Positions 23,238 to 34,800 of a stretch of 64,000 nucleotides of DNA are shown here, in pieces. The position numbers were made by a program, and so were the translations under genes. Source of the DNA: Macrostomum lignano (lineage: Eukaryota); assembly GCA_002269645.1 (NCBI GenBank), contig NIVC01002085.1:1-64000 (forward strand). The letters are read 5' to 3'. The first letter of the stretch is position 1; the number at the start of each line of letters is the position of its first letter. Below the pieces are notes generated by a model, which did no database searches, was not told the origin of the DNA, and saw only the letters and a list, made by a program, of their open reading frames with translations.

Positions 23238-26200
23238 CTGTCTATCAATCTACTTGGATCAAGGGTGCCTCTCTAACTGCTTCTGTCTATCAATCTACTT
23301 GGATCAAGGGCGCCTCTCTAACTGCTTCTGTCTATCAATCTACTTGGATCAAGGGTGCCTCTCTAACTGCTTCTGTCTATCAATCTACTTGGATCAAGGG
23401 TGCCTCTCTAACTGCTTCTGTCTATCAATCTACTTGGATCAAGGGCGCCTCTCTAACTGCTTCTGTCTATCAATCTACTTGGATCAAGGGTGCCTCTCTA
23501 ACTGCTTCTGTCTATCAATCTACTTGGATCAAGGGCGCCTCTCTAACTGCTTCTGTCTATCAATCTACTTGGATCAAGGGTGCCTCTCTAACTGCTTCTG
23601 TCCATCAATCTACATGTATGAAGGGCGCCTCTCTAACTGCATCTGTCCATCAATCTACATGTATGAAGGGCGCCTCTCTAACTGCTTCTGTCTATCAATC
23701 TACTTGGATCAAGGGCGCCTCTCTAACTGCTTCTGTCTATCAATCTACTTGGATCAAGGGCGCCTCTCTAACTGCTTCTGTCTATCAATCTACTTGGATC
23801 AAGGGCGCCTCTCTAACTGCTTCTGTCCATCAATCTACATGTATGAAGGGCGCCTCTCTAACTGCGAATTCTGTCCATCAATCTACTTGTATGAAGGGCG
23901 CCTCTCTAACTGCTTCTGTCTATCAATCTACTTGGATCAAGGGCGCCTCTCTAACTGCTTCTGTCTATCAATCTACTTGGATCAAGGGCGCCTCTCTAAC
24001 TGCTTCTGTCCATCAATCTACATGTATGAAGGGCGCCTCTCTAACTGCTTCTGTCTATCAATCTACTTGGATCAAGGGCGCCTCTCTAACTGCTTCTGTC
24101 TATCAATCTACTTGGATCAAGGGCGCCTCTCTAACTGCTTCTGTCCATCAATCTACATGTATGAAGGGCGCCTCTCTAACTGCTTCTGTCCATCAATCTA
24201 CTTGTATGAAGGGCGCCTCTCTAACTGCTTCTGTCTATCAATCTACTTGGATCAAGGGCGCCTCTCTAACTGCTTCTGTCTATCAATCTACTTGGATCAA
24301 GGGCGCCTCTCTAACTGCTTCTGTCTATCAATCTACATGTATGAAGGGCGCCTCTCTAACTGCTTCTGTCCATCAATCTACATGTATGAAGGGCGCCTCT
24401 CTAACTGCTTCTGTCCATCAATCTACATGTATGAAGGGCGCCTCTCTAACTGCTTCTGTCCATCAATCTACATGTATGAAGGGCGCCTCTCTAACTGCTT
24501 CTGTCCATCAATCTACATGTATGAAGGGCGCCTCTCTAACTGCTTCTGTCTATCAATCTACATGTATGAATGGCGCCTCTCTAACTGCTTCTGTCTATCA
24601 ATCTACTTGGATCAAGGGCGCTCTCTAACTGCTTCTGTCCATCAATCTACATGTATGAAGGGCGCCTCTCTAACTGCTTCTGTCTATCAATCTACTTGGA
24701 TCAAGGGCGCCTCTCTAACTGCTTCTGTCTATCAATCTACTTGGATCAAGGGCGCCTCTCTAACTGCTTCTGTCCATCAATCTACATGTATGAAAGGCGC
24801 CTCTCTAACTGCTTCTGTCCATCAATCTACATGTATGAAGGGCGCCTCTCTAACTGCTTCTGTCCATCAATCTACATGTATGAAGGGCGCCTCTCTAACT
24901 GCTTCTGTCCATCAATCTACATGTATGAAGGGCGCCTCTCTAACTGCTTCTGTCTATCAATCTACTTGGATCAAGGGCGCCTCTCTAACTGCTTCTGTCT
25001 ATCAATCTACTTGGATCAAGGGCGCCTCTCTAACTGCTTCTGTCCATCAATCTACATGTATGAAGGGCGCCTCTCTAACTGCGAATTCTGTCCATCAATC
25101 TACTTGTATGAAGGGCGCCTCTCTAACTGCTTCTGTCTATCAATCTACTTGGATCAAGGGCGCCTCTCTAACTGCTTCTGTCTATCAATCTACTTGGATC
25201 AAGGGCGCCTCTCTAACTGCTTCTGTCTATCAATCTACATGTATGAAGGGCGCCTCTCTAACTGCTTCTGTCCATCAATCTACATGTATGAAGGGCGCCT
25301 CTCTAACTGCTTCTGTCCATCAATCTACATGTATGAAGGGCGCCTCTCTAGCTGCTTCTGTCCATCAATCTACATGTATGAAGGGCGCCTCTCTAACTGC
25401 TTCTGTCCATCAATCTACATGTATGAAGGGCGCCTCTCTAACTGCTTCTGTCCATCAATCTACATGTATGAAGGGCGCCTCTCTAACTGCTTCTGTCTAT
25501 CAATCTACTTGGATCAAGGGCGCCTCTCTAACTGCTTCTGTCTATCAATCTACTTGGATCAAGGGCGCCTCTCTAACTGCTTCTGTCCATCAATCTACAT
25601 GTATGAAGGGCGCCTCTCTAACTGCATCTGTCCATCAATCTACATGTATGAAGGGCGCCTCTCTAACTGCTTCTGTCTATCAATCTACTTGGATCAAGGG
25701 CGCCTCTCTAACTGCTTCTGTCTATCAATCTACTTGGATCAAGGGCGCCTCTCTAACTGCTTCTGTCTATCAATCTACTTGGATCAAGGGCGCCTCTCTA
25801 ACTGCTTCTGTCCATCAATCTACATGTATGAAGGGCGCCTCTCTAACTGCGAATTCTGTCCATCAATCTACTTGTATGAAGGGCGCCTCTCTAACTGCTT
25901 CTGTCTATCAATCTACATGTATGAATGGCGCCTCTCTAACTGCTTCTGTCTATCAATCTACTTGGATCAAGGGCGCTCTCTAACTGCTTCTGTCCATCAA
26001 TCTACATGTATGAAGGGCGCCTCTCTAACTGCTTCTGTCTATCAATCTACTTGGATCAAGGGCGCTCTCTAACTGCTTCTGTCCATCAATCTACATGTAT
26101 GAAGGGCGCCTCTCTAACTGCTTCTGTCTATCAATCTACTTGGATCAAGGGCGCCTCTCTAACTGCTTCTGTCTATCAATCTACTTGGATCAAGGGCGCC

Positions 26201-27620
26201 TCTCTAACTGCTTCTGTCCATCAATCTACATGTATGAAGGGCGCCTCTCTAACTGCTTCTGTCTATCAATCTACATGTATGAAGGGCGCCTCTCTAACTG
26301 CGAATTCTGTCTATCAATCTACATGTATGAAGGGCGCCTCTCTAACTGCTTCTGTCTATCAATCTACATGTATGAAGGGCGCCTCTCTAACTGCTTCTGT
26401 CCATCAATCTACATGTATGAAGGGCGCCTCTCTAACTGCTTCTGTCTATCAATCTACTTGGATCAAGGGCGCCTCTCTAACTGCTTCCGTCCATCAATCT
26501 ACATGTATGAAGGGCGCCTCTGTAACTGCTTCCGTCCATCAATCTACATGTATGAAGGGCGCCTCTCTAACTGCTTCTGTCCATCAATCTACTTGTATGA
26601 AGGGCGCCTCTCTAACTGCTTCTGTCCTGCATCAATCTACATGTATGAAGGGCGCCTCTCTAACTGCTTCTGTCCATCAATCTACATGTATGAAGGGCGC
26701 CTCTCTAACTGCGAATTCTGTCCATCAATCTACATGTATGAATGGCGCCTCTCTAACTGCGAATTCTGTCCATCAATCTACTTGTATGAAGGGCGCCTCT
26801 CTAACTGCTTCTGTCTATCAATCTACATGTATGAATGGCGCCTCTCTAACTGCTTCTGTCTATCAATCTACATGTATGAAGGGCGCCTCTCTAACTGCTT
26901 CTGTCTATCAATCTACATGTATGAAGGGCGCCTCTCTAACTGCTTCTGTCCATCAATCTACATGTATGAAGGGCGCCTCTCTAACTGCTTCTGTCCATCA
27001 ATCTACATGTATGAATGGCGCCTCTCTAACTGCGAATTCTGTCCATCAATCTACTTGTATGAAGGGCGCCTCTCTAACTGCGAATTCTTTCCATCAATCT
27101 ACATGTATGAAGGGCGCCTCTCTAACTGCTTCTGTCTATCAATCTACTTGTATGAAGGGCGCCTCTCTAACTGTTTCTGTCTATCAATCTACATGTATGA
27201 AGGGCGCCTCTCTAACTGCTTCTGTCTATCAATCTACATGTATGAAGGGCGCCTCTCTAACTGCTTCTGTCCATCAATCTACATGTATGAATGGCGCCTC
27301 TCTAACTGCGAATTCTGTCCATCAATCTACATGTATGAAGGGCGCCTCTCTAACTGCTTCTGTCTATCAATCTACATGTATGAAGGGCGCCTCTCTAACT
27401 GCTTCTGTCTATCAATCTACTTGGATCAAGGGCGCTCTCTAACTGCTTCTGTCCATCAATCTACATGTATGAAGGGCGCCTCTCTAACTGTTTCTGTCCA
27501 TCAATCTACATGTATGAAGGGCGCCTCTCTAACTGCTTCTGTCCATCAATCTACATGTATGAAGGGCGCCTCTCTAACTGCTTCTGTCCATCAATCTACA
27601 TGTATTAAGGGCGCCTCTCT
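23238..27620. repeat. 45-bp minisatellite, about 97 copies, with two alternating main variants
   Basis: Unit ctgtc(t/c)atcaatctac[ttggatcaa|atgtatgaa]gggcgcctctctaactgctt. There are also 48-bp (gcgaatt) and 44-bp variants. Confidence 0.98.
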
Positions 27621-28259
27621 GCATTTGTCTATTAATATATCTGGGAGTAGGCGACTCTTCACCGCCTTGTATAGTTCTCCGTCCTACCATCATATAATTT
27701 GTCAGATCTTTGAAATTTCCCCGTTCTGATAGGGCCTAGGCCTATAGCCTAGCATATATCTGTTTCTTTTCTAATAAGGGTTTTACTAAATGTATATTAT
27801 TGTAGTCATATTATTAAATTTTATATTGTGCCTTTGGCTTTGCTCGTATTACTTACAGTTACAATACTCGTAATTGTACTTATTTACAATTAAATTAAAT
27901 TAGACGTTTACTAGGCCTTTTACTCTTCAATTATACAGTAAAGCGGCAACCATTAGGCCTAGTAGGCCGCGCCTATCTTGGCCTGTCTTGTTGATTCGAT
28001 CTTCTTTTCTATGTTGCAGAATTCTTAAAAGAAAATGTATATGGAATTATATGTCGCTTTTAGCTACTGTTAGTAGAAATAAAAGCATTTAATAGGAATA
28101 TTTTGTCAAAATGGAAAAATCCTCCTATGTATTTTGCATTAAAATTGGTACATTTTTAAGCAAAAAATATTTGCAATTACGTGGCTTAAATGAGTTGTTC
28201 TTTTAAAAAAAAGATCTTATTCAATGTAAGGTAGAAGAATCAAGCGAGAAATAAGTTTT

Positions 28260-28760
28260 TTTGGACAATTTTTGTTCGTTCGGTTTTGAAGATTCTTCTG
28301 TTCGGTTGATGATTCTGAAATCTGAAAACCGAACCGAACATGTAATTTGGTATCATCAACCGAACACTAGAATTTTTTGCTTAACTATACATCAGATTGG
28401 TATGTGTGTTATATTACTTTGTAGAAAATTTAACACTGAATTCAAAAAGTATTTTGTTTTGAATGTAAGTTAAAAATTGTGGTCTGTAGACCAATTCTTC
28501 TGCAGACATCCCAAATCAAGAAAAAACTCTGAAACGCGTATTTCTTTAATAATTTCTATCAATAATGCTCATTTTCTCGAGTATCTATTGAGTAGATTGT
28601 CTAAACTTTATCTCATTTTGTAGATGAGAATGTTTTCTTTCAAATGATATGGCACTTTTATAGACTCTTTAAATATATTTCCAATGAGACAGTAAAAACG
28701 AAAGTCACTTGCATGTTCGGTTTTGAAGATCCCTTGTTCGGTTGATGAGATCTTACCCTA
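28260..28760. mobile_element. DNA transposon end, inverted partner of 12591
   Basis: Ends gttcggttgatgagatcttacccta and carries gttcgg subterminal repeats. Confidence 0.6.
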
Positions 28761-29325
28761 GCCATAGGCTATATTGCCTATATGACTTAATAGGATTTAA
28801 AGAGTTATTTTGTTTCATAATTTAAGGCAGTGCATGAAAAATAGCTTAAGCATGGTTAAGCCTTTAAAGAAAAATGGTTATAAGACCACACTAAACCATC
28901 TACTTTTTTAAATTCAGGGTGCGATTTTAAAATTTAGGGTGCATACGCACACTCTGTGCACAAAAAACCCTGATCACAAATGGGATTTAGTAAAGCTATA
29001 AGACTAGGCCTATAGCTAGCTTTAAAGATGTTGCAATTTATCTAACACATCCTATATAATGAACTTTGTTTAAAATTTAAAAATTTTCAACATATAGCCA
29101 TAGGCATACTAATTATAATAATAAAGTCAGATTCGATGTTTATCAAGTTGATCTATGCTATAATTGATATACCTAGTCTAAAGCCATTTTAAATGCTAAG
29201 AGAAAAGTTTTAGCTTAAAGAACAACCAACTTTATTAGAAGGCTATATCTATATTAAATTAAAAGGCAATGTCGTATTAGCTGTCAAGTTAATCAAGGGT
29301 CTTTTTTGTTAAAAACATTTTTAGG

Positions 29326-31437
29326 CAGTGATGGGCACTAGCACCACTAAATTTGAATTCCGCTAAACTGCCGGCTAATGTTTTGTTAGTGCCGCTAATT
29401 CTGTTAAATTCGAATTCCAATTAGCACACTAGTATTCCGCCGCCGCGAGTTTTGACCTCCGTAACCGTAACCATAGCCGTAAGAAAGAAGCAACTTCCGT
29501 AGCCAAATTTTGCCGTCATTACGGGCTAAAAAAGTCCGTAACCGTAATTTGCCGTAACCGTAGCCATAATGTATAACAAAAATTGATATTTTTGCATGAA
29601 AAGTAGGGCAGACAGAAAAGGACAGATAAAAAGGATAAAAGGATAGCAATAAAACCTACTTGTTGTTCGTTCATGCATTAATATTCATTTATTTTTTCGT
29701 AAATATAATATCTTTATCGAAGTATTCTATAGCATTGCTGTATGCAATTGTGTGCTTGGTGCCTTTTTCAGTTTTCTGTGTCGTGATTCTGTTTTGTTTC
29801 GCTACAATATGAATATATGACTTACGTGCCAAGGTCAATGTGTATGTTTAATATCATTAAATAAATATATGAATTTGTTCAAATAAAACTGCTTCAAAAT
29901 TTCCGATGACTAAGAAATTGCATGTTACATTTTTCATTTTCATTTTATTGCATTGTCTATTGTATTGTCTTCTTTGGTTTCAATCAATTTTCAATCATAA
30001 TTCATATTCTTATCCTATTAGTATTTATTTAGTATTTCCTTATTAATATTCTTTCATCCTTATCCTCATAATCTAAATCTAATATCCTATTTTTATGCTA
30101 AGGAGCTAAATGTTACATATGGCTAAGAAATAAGAATGCCAGATTCTTAGTCTCTTGTAGGCTTTGACTGGCTTTCTCTGTCTCGCTGCTATCATGCTAT
30201 CGCTATGCTATGCTATGCCGTATGCCTAATGAGAAAATTCGCGAAAAAATTCGTTTTTCATTTTCCAGAAGTTTCGTAGATATTTAGAAACTTAACAAAT
30301 GTAAAAAATAATAATAACTAGTAAAACGAAAACTGGTTGAAGTTGATATAAAAAAATTCTTTTATAACACTAAACAGTTAAAAATAAATAATTTTTGTTA
30401 CGGCTACCAATTACGGCAAGTCTAGAAAAATCTCCGTAATCCGTAACCGTAACCGTAAGCTCAAAATATGTCCGTAACCGTAATCCGTAATGAAAATACG
30501 GCTTCAAAAGTGTCGTAGCCGTAATTTGCCGTAGCCGTAGCCGTAATTATGGCAGAACACTATAGCACACCCTATCAAAGCGCCACTAATATTTTCTAAA
30601 AATCGCTAATTGCACTAAATTCATTTTTTGCTATAAAACTAGATGGTTAATGACTGTTTAATACTTAAAATGAGACCCTATTTGAGTAATAAGTTAAATA
30701 TTACATAAATCTACCTATACTAAATCTTTAATAAGTTTCTAATTTTCTTAGAAATTCAAAACAAAATTTGTATATTTTGTTTGCTTTCATTATCAACAAT
30801 TAATCTTGTTTTTGTCATTGACTTTCAAAAGTTTTCTTACTGCTTTTAATTTGTTAGCAAAAAGTTGTTGAATAATTTAATTTAATATAATATTTTAATT
30901 AAAGAATTCAATGTTCAACTCAGTTGATATTCTAAGCGATGATGCGAAGCAACAGGCTATCAACAGGGTGATGGTGGGGTTAATAAATCCCATGCCACCA
31001 TTTTAAGCTGATGATCTTGCCTTCCTTCTTGAGTATAAGAAGGCTATAGCCTTGGTTGCAAGGGCCCTTGACATTTTTAAGGCAAACAGCATTGTAATTT
31101 AGGAACTCTTTCTACCAACTGTTGCTCTGACAGTTCAGCGGCTTGAGGATTTTTTATTAGGATTGATAATAAAAACAAATTATTAGCAATAGCATTATTA
31201 GCTTATTCATTTAAAACATATGAGTTAAAAATGTGCAAAAATGCATAAATATGTGTGAAATGGCAGTTTATATTAAATTTATTTATTAATTTGCGCATTT
31301 CAAAATTAGCAGCACTAATTGCGCTAAATTCAAAGTAGAAATTGTGCCCGCTATTAGTGATCGCTAATTTTTTTCTATCAGTTAGCAACAGCGCTAATTA
31401 GTGGCGCTAAAAATAAATTTAGCAGTGCCTATCACTG
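29326..31437. mobile_element. Non-autonomous hAT element with perfect 8-bp TSD TTTTTAGG
   Basis: TIRs CAGTGATGGGCACT / AGTGCCTATCACTG. TSD at 29318-29325 and 31438-31445. Subterminal gc(g/c)gctaa motifs are present. Confidence 0.9.
29430..30562. mobile_element. Second hAT element nested inside the first, with perfect 8-bp TSD TAGCACAC
   Basis: TIRs TAGTATTCCGCC / GGCAGAACACTA. TSD at 29422-29429 and 30563-30570. ccgtaa/ccgtag subterminal repeats occur at both ends. Confidence 0.9.
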
Positions 31438-31827
31438 TTTTTAGGTCTGTCAAAAGTGGAATGCCTATATTATTATCAGGGTTTATTCTTAGAACTTTTA
31501 AAATCATTATAATTATTGTGATTTAAAAACTGCAAGACTTAGATCTATTGGGTCCAAGAGGCTTAGCAATGTAAATGAGACTCATAAGGTAGATATGTCT
31601 GGTTTTTTATCTCATTTTGAACTTTTGAGTACTGCCAGCCTAGCTAGTATTAGAACACTCCAAGGGTCAAGTCCCTACTTTTCTAGGAGAGTCCAGTATG
31701 GTTATAATAATATAAATGCAAATAATTTACAGTACATTTTTTAAAATTGTTTGTTGTACATTAAAAGTTTTGCATAGATTTGAAGCTTTAACTACAGAAC
31801 ATATTTTTATTATAATCTGCCATCCAG

Positions 31828-34800
31828 GTCATCAAGTGCAACCTGTGGCCTCTGTTAAATCTGCTGTCACTCTGTCAACTCGAACTAGTTCCGAAGGTGC
31901 CCACATCAACATCACCTGCTCATTTGATGGGCCGCCTCCATTTGGAGCCACCACTGTGCCATCCTTGGTTCGATTCCAATCGCCAACGCCATTCATGGCT
32001 CTGGAAGAGTCAGATCTGGACGATTCCACACAGAGTCCAACATCGCAACCCAGACAGATTATTGACAATACTAATTGGCGGCTGAATAAGCCCTGGGCCG
32101 ACTTTCCTGCCAGATACAGTCCCATTGTTAGGCATAACGATACTAGCGTCACATTTCAGATTGTTGGTGAGCGATGGCGATTGTTCATTCACTATTTAAG
32201 CATTTAACAGTATTTTTTAAAATTAGGATGGCTTGTAGCCTAGTGGTTAGAGCGTCGGACTCACGACTTAAAGGTCAGGGGTTCGATTCCCGATTACACT
32301 ATTTAGAACAATTTGTGTCCTTGAGCAAGACACTTAACTCTGCATTGCGTCAGTTCACCCAGCTGCAAATTGGGTGTTGCAGCATTAGCTGGGGGGTAAT
32401 TGAGGGTGTGTGTGGCAACCCCCCCCCCCAGTCTTTAGACTGAACAGCCGTACGCAGCCTTCAGTAGATGCGGCTGAGCTGTCGGTTGCACATCTGTCCT
32501 CTGGTGCAGGTGTAATCAATTATTATTATTATTGAAAGGAAATTAGGCTTCTCTCACACCACATCATCTACACCTAGCAGCAGCCATCTACACAGTTTGC
32601 CTGTACAAAGCAGCTATCTAAACTCTAAAAGCTCTTATGCTATGTAACAACACAACTAGGGTTTCCTGTCCTCTGCTTTCGGAGCTTTTTTTCTTTGGGA
32701 TTTCTTTGACCTGTTCCTCCATTCCAACAGGGAAGCTATGTAGCTGATAAAGAGGGTAGTGAAAGTAAAAAAGAGAGGGAAGTGAAGTACTACATGCTAG
32801 AGAAATAGGCGTTACTAATAACTGACTGACAGCTGCGTTTGGAGTGCGCCTAAGTGAGGCAGACAGATATAGTCTACCTGTGTGGGCCTGTGTGCGCGCG
32901 TTAGGCTACTTTAAAGCTCATAATGGGTCAAAGCCCCTGGCTGGAAGGAACAACACATACGCACAGGGGTCTATTTTTTACTGATTTGCTAATTGTGACT
33001 ATAATTAGTGTCTCGTTAGTAGTTTTTGCTTGTTTCTAGTCACGAACTGAATCTCTTTGCTCGAATACTAATGACATCCTATTATTTGTTATTTCAGGCG
33101 CTATCGCTCAGGATACTGGATATTATGGCTGTCAGTTCAATTCCGACTATAGCGCGTTTAAGCCGCTCCTGGTGTATGCTAAAAGTAAGTTTTTACCTTC
33201 GAAAAGTTTAATTTTTGGTTTTCCAAATTTCCGCTAAAACATTTAGAGGCCGAATGCGTTGCTTAAAGTACTTTTATATAAAGACCGGATTCGTCACTCA
33301 AAAGTCTTTTAGTTGAAGGCTGAATTTGACATGTTAAAGTACTTTTATTTAAAGGCCGGATTCATCGCTTAAAAAGTACTTTATTCAAAAGCCCGATTCG
33401 TCGCCTAAAAGTACTTATATTCGAATTCGAATTCGTCATAATTAAGTACTTTATCAGAGACAAGTTTAAATTAGAGGCTGAATATACTGCTTTAAATGTA
33501 CTTGTATTCCCGCAGACATTTCCGTCAATGCCAGTGTTCTGATTGGCTCCCAAACGAACGTATCAAAGATTGGCAACGAGCTGGAAGTGACATTCAATGG
33601 CATCAACTCGCAATACGTTGAATTGGCCGTTCGGCTAATTAGCAACTATGCTAATCTGTCATTCACTGCTCAATTATTTAGCAATCGGAGTTTGCAAAGC
33701 TATTCGGTTGTGTCCCCCAATGCCGATAAAGTTTCTTGTCAACAAGAGGTTTTCTGCCTGTGGAATGTTCAGTTGTATAAGCAGGTGGGTGTCAACATTC
33801 AACTTATCAGCTATGACCTGACGATGACCTTAGATTCGTATGACCCAACCATGATCATAGATTCCTACGACCCATCGATGACCTTATAGATTCCTATGAC
33901 CCATCGATGACCTTATAGATTTCCATGACCCATCGATGACCTTATAGATTCCTATGACCCATCGATGACCTTATAGATTTCCATGACCCATCGATGACCT
34001 TATAGATTCCTACGACCCATCGATGACCTTATAGATTCCTACGACCCATCGATGACCTTATAGATTTCCATGACCCATCGATGACCTTATAGATTCCTAT
34101 GACCCATCGATGACCTTATAGATTTCCATGACTCATCGATGACCATATAGATTTCCATGACCCATCGATGACCTTATAGATTCCTATGACCCATCGATGA
34201 ACTTATAGATTTCCATGACTCATCGATGACCATATAGATTTCCATGACCCATCGATGACCTTATAGATTCCTATGACCCATCGATGACCTTATAGATTTC
34301 CATGACTCATCGATGACCATATAGATTTCCATGACCCATCGATGACCTTATAGATTCCTATGACCCATCGATGAACTTATAGATTCCTATGACCCATCGA
34401 TGACCTTATAGATTCCTATGACCCATCGATGACCTTATAGATTTCCATGACTCATCGATGACCATATAGATTTCCATGACCCATCGATGACCTTATAGAT
34501 TCCTATGACCCATCGATGAACTTATAGATTCCTATGACCCATCGATGACCTTATAGATTCCTATGACCCATCGATGACCTCATAGATTTCCATGACCCAT
34601 CGATGACATTATAGATTCCTATGACCCATCGATGACCTTATAGATTCCTATGACCCATCGATGACCTCATAGATTTCCATGACCCATCGATGACCTTATA
34701 GATTCCTATGACCCATCGATGACCTCATAGATTTCCATGACCCATCTATGACATTATAGATTCCTATGACAATCGATGACCTCATAGATTTCCATGACCC

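Noticed and set aside
32226-32300. tRNA gene
   Set aside because: A and B boxes are present but the acceptor stem is not closed, and the sequence continues into a SINE body and tail.
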